Source: Chloroflexota bacterium
Lineage (GTDB): Bacteria; Chloroflexota; UBA11872
Length of the DNA: 64,000 bases
Direction: 5' to 3'
Assembly (NCBI GenBank): GCA_965263175.1
Contig: OZ253587.1
Location: 2,889,032 to 2,953,031 of the forward strand
Shown here piece by piece: positions 1 through 10,321 of this stretch. Position numbers and translations under genes: made by a program. The notes under the pieces were generated by a model. That model ran no database searches, was not told where the DNA came from, and saw only the letters and a program-made list of their open reading frames with translations. Position 1 is the first letter of the stretch. Each line of letters begins with the position of its first letter.

Positions 1-1130
1 GATCGTGGAGACCATCGTTCCCGCCGCCGAGAGTCGTGGCCATGCACCGTTCCACCCATTCGCCGGAACTGATCGACGCCTGGCTGCCGCCGCGGGTGGG
101 CCGCAACGCCCGGCTGGAGCGGCTGACGCAGCTCATCGACTGGGCGCCGCTGGAGGCGCTGGTGGCGGACCTGCACGCCGCGCCGGTCGGGCGGCCGAGT
201 TATCCGCCGCTGCTGATGGTCAAGGTGCTGCTGCTCCAGCAGTGGTATCAGGCCTCGGACCCGGCGATGGAAGAGGCGTTGTGGGAGCGGCTGTCGTTCC
301 GGCGCTTCGTGGGGTTGGGGCTGCAGGACGACGCGCCCGATCACTCGACGATCAGCCGCTTCCGCACGCGGCTGACGGCGGCGGGCGTGGCCGAGCCGCT
401 GTTCGCGGCGGTGGAGCAGCAACTGGCCGCGCGCGGGCTGCTGGTCATGCAGGGCACGTTGGTGGACGCGCAGGTGCGCCGCCCGCAAGGGGGCGCCACC
501 GGCGCGGGCAGCCCCCGGGACCCGGACGCGGCCTGGGCCCGGCGGGGCCGGCAGGCGCGCTTTGGCTACAAGCTGCACCTGGGGGTGGACGCCGAGTCGG
601 AACTGGTCCGGCGCGCGGTGCTGACCCCGGCGAACGTGAACGAGACCCAGGTGGCGGACGAGCTGATCGCGGGGGACGAAGGGGCGGTGTACGGGGATGC
701 GGCCTATGGCACGCACGCGCGCAGCGCCCGGCTGCGGGCGCGGGGGATCGCGGATCGGCTGATGCGACGGCCCACCAAACATCAGCCCCGGCTGGGCCCG
801 GCGGCGCGCCGCCGCCACGCCCGGATCGAACAGGTGCGACGGCCGGTGGAGCACGTGTTTGGGACGTTGAAGCGCTCGTACGGCTACCAGCGGGTGCGCT
901 ACCGGGGCCTGGCCCGGAACACGACCGAGATGTGGTTCAAGCTGCTGGCCTACAACCTGCGCCGCGCGGACCGCTTGCTGGCCGGGGCCCCGGCCTCGCC
1001 CTAGGCGCGCTGCGCCCTCAACCAGGCGCGCAGGCCTGCGGGCAGGCCCCGGCGAGCGGCGACCCAGGCTGCCCCACCCCGCGCCACCCTCTCGCGGGTC
1101 GGGCGTCGCCCCTCGGCGCTGCGCAGGGCG
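1..1130 (+). mobile_element. IS5-family insertion sequence; its left end is probably cut by the window edge and its right boundary is approximate
   Basis: Single DDE transposase ORF at 36..1004 with IS5/IS1182-type motifs (HSTISRFR, YRGLARN). Terminal repeats could not be defined by eye. Confidence 0.55.
36..1004 (+). CDS. IS5-family DDE transposase (GTG start)
   Basis: 322-aa ORF. It carries conserved IS5-family blocks (DDAPDHSTISRFR ... YRGLARNTTEMWFKLLAYNL). Confidence 0.85.
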   Translation: MAMHRSTHSPELIDAWLPPRVGRNARLERLTQLIDWAPLEALVADLHAAPVGRPSYPPLLMVKVLLLQQWYQASDPAMEEALWERLSFRRFVGLGLQDDAPDHSTISRFRTRLTAAGVAEPLFAAVEQQLAARGLLVMQGTLVDAQVRRPQGGATGAGSPRDPDAAWARRGRQARFGYKLHLGVDAESELVRRAVLTPANVNETQVADELIAGDEGAVYGDAAYGTHARSARLRARGIADRLMRRPTKHQPRLGPAARRRHARIEQVRRPVEHVFGTLKRSYGYQRVRYRGLARNTTEMWFKLLAYNLRRADRLLAGAPASP

Positions 1131-1990
1131 CATTATTCAAAGGTCTCCCAGGAGAGGGGAAGAAGGACGGGATGACAAGGGCGGGCGCGGGCGGAAGACG
1201 GGCGGGTCTGAGACGCCGCCCCTACGCAAGATTGGACGAAGACGGCAGGACTGCTGGAGTGGCTTGCGTGCTTCGGGATGTGGTTCGACACGGTCAGCCG
1301 AAGACGTCTGTCCGGCTCACCACGAACGGAGTGCACCCCCAGGCCAGCTAATAGAGACCTTTGCGTAATCCGGGGGACTGTTGCCCGGAAGACCCTCACC
1401 CCAACCCTCTCCCACAGGGAGAGGGAGCAAGAGCCGCCGCACCTTCGCGGACGAGGGGCGTTGGGCAAAGGTCTCCGAGGAGAGGGAGCAAGAGCGGCCC
1501 GCACCTTCGCGGACGAGGGGCGTTGTGCAAAGGTCTCCGGGAGGGAGAGGGATAAGACTGGATGACGGGGGGAGAAGGCGAGATCCCTTGGAGGACCTTG
1601 GGATGACAAGGGCGGGCGCGGGCGGAAGACGGGCGGGTCTGAGACGCCGCCCCTACGCAAGACTGGGCGAAGACGGCGGGACTGCTGGAGTGGCTTGCGT
1701 GCTTCGGGATGTGGTTCGACACGGTCAGCCGAAGACGTCTGTCCGGCTCACCACGAACGGAGTGCACCCCCAGGCCAGCTAATAGAGACCTTTGCGTAAT
1801 CCGGGGGACTGTTGCCCGGAAGACCCTCACCCCAACCCTCTCCCACAGGGAGAGGGAGCAAGAGCCGCCGCACCTTCGCGGACGAGGGGCGTTGGGCAAA
1901 GGTCTCCGAGGAAAGGGAGCAAGAGCGGCCCGCACCTTCGCGGACGAAGGGCGTTGGGCAAAGGTCTCTAATAGGGGAGTTGGGTGTGGG
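1130..1990. repeat. Tandem duplication of a ~430-bp composite unit. Each unit is a ~200-bp companion repeat followed by 1.5 copies of a ~120-bp palindromic MITE/REP-like element.
   Basis: 1130-1560 and 1561-1990 are near-identical. The MITE core is agagacctttgcgtaa...ccctctcccacagggagaggg...gcaaaggtctc with 11-bp terminal inverted repeats. Confidence 0.85.
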
Positions 1991-2816
1991 GGTGGTCTTG
2001 GATGTAGTGGGCTTGGGCGACGCCGAAGTTTTCCTGGATTTGGAGGGAGTGGCCGCCGTCGACGACGAGGGTGTGGCCGGTGATGAAGGAGGCGTCCTGC
2101 GAACAGAGAAAGGCGACGGCGGCGGCGATGTCGGCGGGGCGTCCGCAGCGGCCTACGGGGTATTGGGCTTCGAGGAACTTCAGGCCGGAGGGGTTCTGGT
2201 CCCACATGTTGGCCTGGATGCCCTCGGTAACGATGTGGCCGGGGGCGATGGCGTTGACGCGGATACCGTCGCGTCCGTACTCAACGGCCATCTGGCGGGT
2301 GGCGGCAATAAGGGCGGCTTTGCCGGTTTCGTAGACGAGGACGCCAGGAGCAACAAGCAGGCCGTGAATGCTTGAGATGTTGACGATGCTGCCGCCACCA
2401 GCACTGCGCAGGTGGGGCACGCCAAACTTGGCGGACAGGTAGCTGGCCTTGACGAGGACGGCCATGGCTCTGTCGTAGACGTCGGGCGGGACGTCTTCGG
2501 CGCCGCCGGTCATGGCTTCCATGGCGGGGTAGGCGTTGTTGACGATGATGTCGAGGCGGCCCCAACGATCAACGGCGGCCTGGATCATGGCCTGGACCTG
2601 GTCAATCTCGCCGACGTTGGTGGTGCAGGCGGCGGCGATGCCGCCGGCGTCCTGAATCCGGGCCGCGCGCTCCTGGGCGCCCTGGGCGTTTATGTCGGCG
2701 ATGAGGACGGAGGCGCCTTCGGATGCGAGGCGTTCGGCGATGGCGCCGCCGATGCCGGTGGCAGCGCCGGTGACAACCGCGGCCTGATCCTGGAGTCGTC
2801 GACTTTCCGTTGCCAT
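1968..2816 (-). CDS. SDR-family NAD(P)-dependent oxidoreductase
   Basis: N-terminal TGAATGIGGAIA Rossmann motif and the NNA...SxxxxxxY...K architecture. The 3' end reads into the repeat cluster. Confidence 0.85.
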   Translation of the reverse strand: MATESRRLQDQAAVVTGAATGIGGAIAERLASEGASVLIADINAQGAQERAARIQDAGGIAAACTTNVGEIDQVQAMIQAAVDRWGRLDIIVNNAYPAMEAMTGGAEDVPPDVYDRAMAVLVKASYLSAKFGVPHLRSAGGGSIVNISSIHGLLVAPGVLVYETGKAALIAATRQMAVEYGRDGIRVNAIAPGHIVTEGIQANMWDQNPSGLKFLEAQYPVGRCGRPADIAAAVAFLCSQDASFITGHTLVVDGGHSLQIQENFGVAQAHYIQDHPHTQLPY

Positions 2817-2839
2817 CGTTCAGTCCCCCTGGGTGTAGG

Positions 2840-5791
2840 TCACGCGCCCGCCGGGGCTGGACTGCGTGAGGCGCGGCGCGGTGGCTTGCTCTTGGTCTGT
2901 CCGTTGCTGGAGGGGCGCGGGCGGCGGCTGTCGGGGTTGAGGACTCGCTGGAGGTATTGGCCGGTGTAGCTGGCGGGGTGGTCGGCGACGTCCTCGGGGG
3001 TGCCCTCGGCGATGAGTTCGCCGCCGGCGTCGCCGCCTTCGGGTCCCAGGTCGATCAGCCAGTCGGCGGACTTGATGACGTCGAGATTGTGTTCGATGAC
3101 GATGACGGTGTTGCCGGCGTCGGCGAGGCGCTGAAGGACCTGGATGAGCTTGCGGGTGTCGGCGAAGTGCAGGCCGGTGGTGGGTTCGTCGAGGATGTAG
3201 ACGGTCTTGCCGGTGGCGCGCTTGGAGAGTTCGGCGGCGAGCTTGATGCGCTGGGCTTCGCCGCCGGAGAGGGTGGTGGCGGGCTGGCCCAGGCGGATGT
3301 AGCCGAGGCCAACGTCGACCAAGGTGCCGAGCTTGCGCTCGATGGACGGGATGTTCTGGAAGAAGACGTGGGCGTCTTCGACGGTCATTGCCAGCACGTC
3401 GGCGATGGTTTTGCCCTTGTAAGTGATGTCGAGGGCTTCGCGGTTGTAGCGAGCGCCTTCGCAAACCTCGCAGGTGACGTAGACGTCGGGCAGGAATTGC
3501 ATCTCGATACGGTTCAGGCCCTGGCCCTCGCAGGCTTCGCAGCGGCCGCCCTTGACGTTGAAGGAGAAGCGGCCGGGTTTGTAGCCGCGAGCGCGGGACT
3601 CGGGGACGGCGGCAAAGAGGTCGCGGATTGGGGTGAAGGCGCTGGTGTAGGTGGCGGGGTTGGAGCGGGGGGTGCGGCCGATGGGGGACTGGTCGATCTC
3701 GATGGCTTTGTCGATGTGTTCCAGGCCGCGAATGCGGGAGTGCTCGCCCGGCACGTTGCGGCTGCCCCAGATGCGCTGGGCCAGGGCGCGGTAGAGCACG
3801 TCCTCGATGAGGGTGCTCTTGCCGGACCCGGACACGCCGGTGACGCAGATGAAGCAGCCGAGGGGGAACTGGACGTCGAGGGACTTGAGGTTGTTGGCGC
3901 GGACGCCTTCCAGCGTGAGCCGCGCACCGTTGCCGGTGCGGCGGGCGGGCGGCACGGGGATGCGCTCGCGTCCGGCCAGGTAGGCGCCGGTGAGGGAATG
4001 GGGGTGGCGTTCGATGTGATCCGGCGTGCCCTCGGCGACGACGTTGCCGCCGTGCTCGCCGGCACCGGGGCCGATGTCGATCACCCAGTCGGCGGAGCGG
4101 ATGGTTTCTTCATCGTGCTCAACCACCATGACGGTGTTACCCAGGTCACGCAGTCCTTTCAGGGTGCGGACCAGGCGGGCGTTGTCGCGCTGATGCAGCC
4201 CAATGCTGGGTTCGTCGAGGATGTACATAACGCCGACGAGACCGGAACCGATCTGGGTTGCCAGGCGGATGCGCTGGGCCTCGCCGCCGGAGAGGGTGCC
4301 GGCGGAGCGTTCCAAGGTGAGGTACTCGAGACCAACGGCCTCCAGGAAACCGAGGCGGGCGTTGATCTCCTTGAGGACCTGGACGGCGATGGTGGCGTCG
4401 CGCCTGCCGAGCTTGAGTCCGGCGAAAAATCCGGCGACGGCCTGGATGGTCATGGCCGTGGCGTCGTGAATGGAGCTGCCGCCGACGGTGACGGCCAGCG
4501 ATTCCGGGCGCAGCCGAGCGCCCAGACAGGTGGGGCACATGCGGCGGGTCATATAGCGCTCGATCTCGCCGCGGATGTAATCCGACTCAGTGTTCGCGTA
4601 GCGGCGGCGAAGGTTGGGGATCACGCCTTCGAACTCGAACTCGTAGGCGCGGCGGCGTCCGGCGGCGTTGGTGTACTGCACGACCAGCGGCTGGCCGGGC
4701 GCGCCGTAGAGCAGCACGTCCACGATGGCTGGGTCCAGCCGCTCGACCGGGGTGTTGGTGCGGAACCCGTACTTATGGGCCAGGGCCTCGATGACGTGCC
4801 GAGTGAGTGAGGTCTCGCGGGTGTGGGCCTTGACCCAGGGGACGATGGCGCCCTGGCCGATGGCGAGGGAGCGGTTGGGAATGATGAGGGCGGGGTCAAG
4901 CTCAAGCTTGGAGCCCAGGCCGTTGCAGTCCGTGCAGGCGCCGTGGGGCGTGTTGAAGGAGAAGAGGCGGGGTTCAAGGTTGGCCAGGCTGACGTGGCCG
5001 TTCTTGCAGGCCAGCCGCTCGCTGAGCGTCATTTCGTCGCCGTCGACGATCTGAATGGTGACGAAGCCTTCGCCCAGCTTGAGGGCGGTTTCCAACGAGT
5101 CGGCCAGCCGCATGCGCGAGTCGGCCTTGGCGGTGAGGCGGTCGACCACGATGTCGATGTCGTGCCAGAGGTTGCGGTCGAGGGCTGGCGCGTCGTCGAT
5201 GGACACGACCTGGCCGTCCACACGCACACGTACGAACCCGGCGCGCCGGGCGTCGTCGAACACGCCCTTGTGCTCGCCCTTGCGGTGGATGATCACGGGG
5301 GCCAGCACCAGGAAACGGGTGGCGTCGTCCCAATCCAGGATCAGGTCGACCATTTCCTGGATGGTCTGGGCCGAGAGCGGCTCGCCGCAGGTGTGGCAGT
5401 GGGGCTGCCCGATGCGCGCCCAGAGAAGGCGCATGTAGTCGTAGATCTCGGTGACGGTGCCCACGGTGGAGCGCGGATTGTGGGAGGTGGCTTTCTGGTC
5501 GATGGAGATGGCTGGCGACAGGCCCTCGATCTGGTCGACGTCCGGCTTTTCGAGCTGGCCCAGGAACTGCCTGGCGTAGGCCGACAGCGACTCGACGTAG
5601 CGCCGTTGGCCCTCGGCGTAGAGGGTGTCGAAGGCGAGACTGGACTTGCCGGAGCCGGAGATGCCCGAGAACACCACGAGCTTGTTGCGCGGGATCTCAA
5701 GGTCGATGTTCTTGAGATTGTGTTCCCGCGCGCCGCGAATGACGATGAAGGTGTCGACCATAACGTCCCAGCTTAAGCGATTTGCCGCCAT
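2840..5791 (-). CDS. uvrA: Excinuclease ABC subunit A (UvrA); an alternative start near 5761 is possible
   Basis: 983-aa ORF with duplicated ABC ATPase modules, Walker [10 protein letters not shown] and GVSGSGKST, and a zinc-finger CxxC insert. Colinear with UvrA throughout. Confidence 0.95.
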   Translation of the reverse strand: MAANRLSWDVMVDTFIVIRGAREHNLKNIDLEIPRNKLVVFSGISGSGKSSLAFDTLYAEGQRRYVESLSAYARQFLGQLEKPDVDQIEGLSPAISIDQKATSHNPRSTVGTVTEIYDYMRLLWARIGQPHCHTCGEPLSAQTIQEMVDLILDWDDATRFLVLAPVIIHRKGEHKGVFDDARRAGFVRVRVDGQVVSIDDAPALDRNLWHDIDIVVDRLTAKADSRMRLADSLETALKLGEGFVTIQIVDGDEMTLSERLACKNGHVSLANLEPRLFSFNTPHGACTDCNGLGSKLELDPALIIPNRSLAIGQGAIVPWVKAHTRETSLTRHVIEALAHKYGFRTNTPVERLDPAIVDVLLYGAPGQPLVVQYTNAAGRRRAYEFEFEGVIPNLRRRYANTESDYIRGEIERYMTRRMCPTCLGARLRPESLAVTVGGSSIHDATAMTIQAVAGFFAGLKLGRRDATIAVQVLKEINARLGFLEAVGLEYLTLERSAGTLSGGEAQRIRLATQIGSGLVGVMYILDEPSIGLHQRDNARLVRTLKGLRDLGNTVMVVEHDEETIRSADWVIDIGPGAGEHGGNVVAEGTPDHIERHPHSLTGAYLAGRERIPVPPARRTGNGARLTLEGVRANNLKSLDVQFPLGCFICVTGVSGSGKSTLIEDVLYRALAQRIWGSRNVPGEHSRIRGLEHIDKAIEIDQSPIGRTPRSNPATYTSAFTPIRDLFAAVPESRARGYKPGRFSFNVKGGRCEACEGQGLNRIEMQFLPDVYVTCEVCEGARYNREALDITYKGKTIADVLAMTVEDAHVFFQNIPSIERKLGTLVDVGLGYIRLGQPATTLSGGEAQRIKLAAELSKRATGKTVYILDEPTTGLHFADTRKLIQVLQRLADAGNTVIVIEHNLDVIKSADWLIDLGPEGGDAGGELIAEGTPEDVADHPASYTGQYLQRVLNPDSRRPRPSSNGQTKSKPPRRASRSPAPAGA

Positions 5792-6027
5792 ATGTCTTCG
5801 CCCGCTTTTTCGACGGCTGTATCAGCCCGAAACGGAGCTTTCTGTCTCACACCCGTGAGACCCACCTTTGCATCTGTAGCCGCGTTGCGACCTCATCAAG
5901 GAAGGTGTGTACCACACCACTGACCAGTTGAAGCACTAAGGCGTCCCGACGAGAACCTGTGTCTCGTGAGGGCTTAGTGTGCTATTCTCGCCACCTCATT
6001 GAGCCTAGGCTGAGGTTAAAGGGACCG

Positions 6028-6243
6028 ATGGAGCTACTTCTTGGCGTCATTGTCCTCGGTGCTCTGTGCTATGGGGTTCTGCGTATAGCTGCAAAAGCAT
6101 GGACTGTGCATAAGGACAAGAAGATAGATCGGGAAATTGAACAAGAAATCCTTGCCGGAATGGAACCCATACATGGGACCAAAGTATGGGCAATGATCTC
6201 AATTGCAGGCGTCGATCGATTCTTCGGGGAATTATATGCTTGA
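6028..6243 (+). CDS. Small hypothetical membrane protein (lower-GC; possible IS1595 passenger)
   Basis: ORF starting MELLLGVIVLGALCYGVLRIAAKAW with one predicted TM helix. Local GC is clearly lower than the surroundings. Confidence 0.3.
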   Translation: MELLLGVIVLGALCYGVLRIAAKAWTVHKDKKIDREIEQEILAGMEPIHGTKVWAMISIAGVDRFFGELYA

Positions 6244-6281
6244 GTTGACACGGGTCGCCAAATCCGCTACTCTCTAACCAG

Positions 6282-7262
6282 TTGAGAGAGGGGATCGCAA
6301 TGGCAGCACCGGGGCGAGATCACCGAGAAGGCATCAGCCTGATCGAGCTAGCTGAGAAGTTTCCGAACGAAGACGCGGCCCGCGCATGGTTCGAGTCCAT
6401 CCTTTGGCCGGACGGTGTTCGCCGCTGCCCGACCTGCAACGGCGACAACACGCACGAGTGCTCCCACAAGACGATGCCGTACCGCTGCCGTGATTGCCGC
6501 AAGTACTTCTCAGTCAAAACGGGAACGCTTATGGCCGGTTCGCCGCTCCCGCTCCTCAAGTGGGTCTACGCGATCTACTTGGACACCACGTCGCTCAAGG
6601 GTGTATCGAGCATGAAGCTGCACCGCGACCTCAAGATCACGCAGAAGACCGCATGGCACATGCTGCAACGCATTCGGGAATCCTTCGCCGCGCAAGGCCC
6701 GACCGTCCTGTTTGAAGGTCCGGTTGAGGTTGACGAAACCTACGTCGGTGGCCGCCGCCGCAACATGGCGAAGTCCAAGCGAGCGCAGTTGCACGGTCGC
6801 GGCCCTATGGGGAAGACCGCTGTAGTGGGCGCGAAGGACCGCGCGACGGGTCAGGTCGTGGCTGAGGTCGTCCAGCGAACCGACGCGGCCACGCTCCAAA
6901 GCTTTGTCGCGGCGCACACGGCGGACGGCGCTGAGGTGTACACCGATGAGGCCCGCGCCTATCAGGGTCTCCCGAATCATTCGTCGGTTCGGCATTCGGT
7001 CGGTGAGTACGTCAACCAGCACATTCACACCAACAACGTCGAAAGCTTCTGGTCCATGCTCAAGCGGGCCCACAAGGGCACGTTCCACAAGATCAGCCCG
7101 AAGCACTTGGAGCGGTACGTCAACGAATTCGCGGGCCGCCAGAACATCCGCAGCCTCGATACCATCGATCAGATGGTGGCCGTGGCTGCCGGTTTTGCGG
7201 GGAAGCGGCTCAGCTACGCAGACCTGACGGCCCCGAACGGTCTGCCGTCCGGCTCGCGCTAA
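6282..7262 (+). CDS. IS1595-family transposase (zinc-ribbon N-terminus plus ISXO2-like DDE domain), copy 1
   Basis: CPTCNG...YRCRDCRKYFSVKTGT zinc ribbon. The DDE region (VEVDETYVGG ... YTDEARAYQGL ... HTNNVESFWSMLKR) is typical of IS1595. Confidence 0.85.
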   Translation: MREGIAMAAPGRDHREGISLIELAEKFPNEDAARAWFESILWPDGVRRCPTCNGDNTHECSHKTMPYRCRDCRKYFSVKTGTLMAGSPLPLLKWVYAIYLDTTSLKGVSSMKLHRDLKITQKTAWHMLQRIRESFAAQGPTVLFEGPVEVDETYVGGRRRNMAKSKRAQLHGRGPMGKTAVVGAKDRATGQVVAEVVQRTDAATLQSFVAAHTADGAEVYTDEARAYQGLPNHSSVRHSVGEYVNQHIHTNNVESFWSMLKRAHKGTFHKISPKHLERYVNEFAGRQNIRSLDTIDQMVAVAAGFAGKRLSYADLTAPNGLPSGSR

Positions 7263-7268
7263 ACCCCG

Positions 7269-7457
7269 ATGGTTGTCGGCGTCGAAGCCGAGGTCCGCCA
7301 CCAAATTGACCGACGGCTCGAAGCGAAGGGATGGATCCTCGACGCCTCACGCGACGATCGCGATGTCTACTTCGAGCGGGCCGTCACGGCCCGCCTCAGC
7401 ACCGTCCAGCGCCGCAATCTGGCGGATAAAGTCACCCGACTACACATTCTTCGCTGA
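7269..7457 (+). pseudogene. N-terminal HsdR_N segment of the RM fusion, left in a separate frame by a single-base frameshift near 7430
   Basis: Removing one G at 7431 (ataaaGtcaccc) joins ...RRNLADK to SPDYTFFADG, restoring a continuous HsdR_N domain. Confidence 0.5.
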
Positions 7458-9567
7458 CGGCGTGCCTGTCGCCGTCCTGGAAGCCAAGAAGCCGCAGGTG
7501 TCGGTCCAGACGGCCCTCGATCAGGGCCGCGACTATGCCGAGCGTCTCGGCGTGGACTTTGTCTTCGCCTGCAACGGCCCGACGTTCAAGTCGCTCCATG
7601 CCCCGAGCGAGCAACCGCTCTTTCTGAACAACGTCGAAGTCACCGAACCGTTGGCGCCGGTGCGATTGCGAACGTTTTGGACGGGCCGGACCAATGCCGT
7701 CCTCACCGTCCCGCACGACGTGATTGAGTCCCGGGCGCAATTGCTCGATATCTTCGAGCGATTGAATGGCGTGCTGCGGCACGCGGGGATCAGGGCCGGG
7801 CTCGAACGCTTTACCGAATTCGCCAACATCCTGTTTCTCAAGCTGGCGAGCGAAGCCGATCCCACTGACCAGACGTGGAACGAATTGCTCACGCGTCCGG
7901 ACGGCGATCTCCCGAGCTATCTGAATGACTTCGTGATTCCGCGTCTTCGCGACCGCTACGCCAGCGACGTCTTGACCAAAACCCACGTTGGCGGCTCGGC
8001 CCTCAAGGCCATCGTCCACGAACTCAATCCGCTGCACCTGACCGGCGTGGACGAAGACTTGAAGGGCCTCGCCTTTGAGCACTTCCTACGGCGGACCACG
8101 GCGGCCAACAACGATTTGGGCGAGTACTTCACGCCACGCGCCGTCGTGCGGTTCATGGTTCAGTTGCTCAATCCCGCGTTTGGGAAGACCGTGATTGACC
8201 CGTTCTGTGGAACGGGCGGCTTCCTGATCGAAGCGTTCCGGCACCTGGGGCAACAGGCGCCGCGTTCTGAAACCGCATCGCGCGTCCTGCATCACCAGTC
8301 GCTCTTTGGCCGGGAAATCACTACGACGGCCCGCGTCGCCAAGATGAACATGATCCTATTCGGCGATGGGCATTCGGGTGTGGTGCAAGGCGATAGCCTG
8401 CAACGGCTGCCAGACGACGAAGGGTGGTACGACTACGCGCTGTCCAATATCCCGTTTTCGCTTGAGATCGGGGATGACGCGATCCATGCGGTCGATCCCG
8501 ACGCCCGCGGATCGGATCAAGCCTGCCTCCTCCGGTGCTTCAAGAGCCTCAAGGCGGACGGCGCGATGGCCGTGGTGATTCCCGAGGGCTTGGCCGTCAA
8601 TCGGTCGCATCGCGATCTCTGGTTCCGGCTCTTTCGTGACGCGCGGGTTCGCGTGATTGCCACGTTGCCGCGTGGATCGTTCGCGCCGTACACCGAAGCC
8701 GGCACGAAGGTGCTATATCTCACTGACAAGGGCCGCGAACGGACCGACTGGTACTACCACGTCACGCTCAGCGGCGAGAAGGCGAAAGGCCCGTCCATTG
8801 ATATGGACGAATTCCTGTTCTTCTACCAAGCGACGCCCGAGCCGTTGGAGGCGCGGCCGGCCGGCGTTGAAGTGGTGCGCGTGCGCAATGGGAACAACCG
8901 CAACCAATTCTTTGTCGAGCGCCCGTGGAACATCGTTACGCCGAACGTCGTGCAGCTTGGTGAGGTGGCGGACATTGCGAACGGGCAGATGCTCACGGAG
9001 GCGGACGCCACCCCTGGCCGGTATCCGATTATCGGGGGGGGGCGCGAATGGTCGTTCACCCACGATGCGGCGAACACCGAGGGCGGCTGTTTCACCGTCA
9101 GCAAATCAGGGGCCTACGCGGGCTTTGTCTGGTGGCACGAAGCGCCGATATGGGCGTCCGATTGTCTGATCGTTCGCAGCCACGACGAAGACGAGTTCCT
9201 GACGTTTTACCTGTTCCTTTGCCTGAAAGCGAAGCAAGATGAGATTTATCGACGCCAGCAAGGGACCGGCCAGCCGCACATTTACCGCCAACACATTGCC
9301 GACTTCCCCATCCCGCGCGTCTCGCTGGCGGATCAGTGGGCGCAAATCAACGAAGCGAGAGACGTGATGCGCAACCGTATCGAGGCTGAAGAGCAAGAGA
9401 CCGGCGCGCTCACCGAGGCGCTCGACGGCATCGACCGGCTGTATCAGGCCGACGATACCGAGGCGTCGCGCCCGTCACCTCTTCGCGCCGACTACCAGGG
9501 CGCGTTGCCGGAGCAGGTAGCGAAGGCTCTACTCAGACACCGACCGGAAACCGAGCGGCGTGAGTGA
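7269..9567 (+). CDS. Single-chain restriction-modification protein (Type IIG/IIB-like): HsdR_N-type PD-(D/E)xK nuclease domain, gamma-class N6-adenine MTase, HsdS-like TRD. A +1 frameshift near 7430 interrupts the nuclease domain.
   Basis: Frame 7269-7457 encodes EAEVRHQIDRRLEAKGW (HsdR_N start). Frame 7273 continues with PDYTFFADGVPVAVLEAKKP (D...EAK nuclease motif). MTase motif I VIDPFCGTGGFL and motif IV NIPFS follow. The C-terminal HsdS-like TRD includes YPIIGGGREW...CLIVRS. Confidence 0.7.
9034..9042 (+). repeat. G9 homopolymeric tract inside the TRD-coding part of the RM fusion gene (encodes IIGGGRE)
   Basis: The sequence is atcgggggggggcgcg. This is a candidate slipped-strand phase-variation site. 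Confidence 0.6.
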
Positions 9568-9901
9568 GACGCTCACCCGCCGTCAACTCAAGCATATAAT
9601 CCCCCAAATAAAGGACGGAGCCTCGATGTACACACAAGTCACGTGGCAGTTTGGCGAACTCGTTGATGCCCTGTTCCTTCAGAGACTAGTAAGCACAAAT
9701 GACGAAAGACTCACATGGATTTTCGATGTCGATGAAAGCGGCAGGTTATCCACTCGCGGACTGAGAATTGTCCGTAACACTACCATTGTATCGTTGCGAA
9801 CATTCCACGAATATGAGTACATTGCTTCGGCTTTGCGTACCGAAGGAGAGATTGTGATTGAAAAGGACGCTCGTGGAAAGAGCATAGTTAGAGGAAACTA
9901 G
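9560..9901 (+). CDS. Hypothetical protein; overlaps the RM gene stop by 8 nt, suggesting translational coupling
   Basis: 113-aa ORF in low-GC DNA. No recognisable motif. Confidence 0.45.
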   Translation: MSETLTRRQLKHIIPQIKDGASMYTQVTWQFGELVDALFLQRLVSTNDERLTWIFDVDESGRLSTRGLRIVRNTTIVSLRTFHEYEYIASALRTEGEIVIEKDARGKSIVRGN

Positions 9902-10130
9902 ATCCGCCTTTTTATGAATTGCATAGATCTCTTATAGTCATCATATCAGACTCACTAAGCGGCTACGTATTGGGCCGATTCGATGAATGGACATTCAGAC
10001 TCGTCCAATGACCTTCATTAACCGAGCGAATAGCCCGATCCTCCGACCCTCAGGCAGAGTCAATTGCTCGCGGTCGGAGGATGTTATTGGAACTCAACAT
10101 CTGATTCCCTTCAGAATGACTGACTGACCT

Positions 10131-10300
10131 TTGCTGAGCCTACTGCTTGAACGCTTGGACAAGCGGGCGGCAGCCGGACGGCCGGTGTCGGTTGGATTGG
10201 CTAGTGCGGGACGGTTTGGGACAAGCATTGCGGCGCAGATTTCGCAGATCGACGGTCTGCGGCTGGCGGCGGTGGCGGATCCGAACGCGCGAACTAAACC
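10131..10300 (+). pseudogene. 5' fragment of a COG4091-type oxidoreductase gene; truncated paralogous copy of 12002..
   Basis: About 80% nucleotide identity to 12004-12170 (LLERLDKRAAAGRPVSVGLASAGRFGTSIAAQISQIDGLRLAAVADPNAR). The frame then degenerates into AT-rich DNA. Confidence 0.65.
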
Positions 10301-10321
10301 CGATGGCTTCGACGGCAGATA

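Noticed and set aside
5-1351. 448-aa ORF overlapping the IS5 transposase in another frame
   Set aside because: Alternative-frame artefact of GC-rich DNA (Ala/Gly/Arg/Pro-rich). The IS5 transposase frame has clear family motifs.
1381-1782. ORFs spanning MITE copies (also 1812..2375, 16153..16605, 17153..17914, 17308..17667, 34670..35239, 19946..20177)
   Set aside because: They repeat the translated motifs PSPQPSPTGRGSKS / LPLPVGEGWGEG dictated by the palindromic repeat. Their boundaries track repeat copies, not genes.
2957-4810. 617-aa plus-strand ORF (and many others such as 3514..4065, 4823..5776) inside the uvrA locus
   Set aside because: Antisense to a confidently identified uvrA. Gly/Ala/Val-rich low-complexity translation typical of high-GC antisense frames.
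6244-7300. Terminal inverted repeats or target-site duplication for IS1595 copy 1 (candidate direct repeat ccgatgg at 6026 and 7271)
   Set aside because: No convincing inverted repeats could be aligned by eye. The 7-bp match may be chance, so element boundaries for copy 1 are left undefined.
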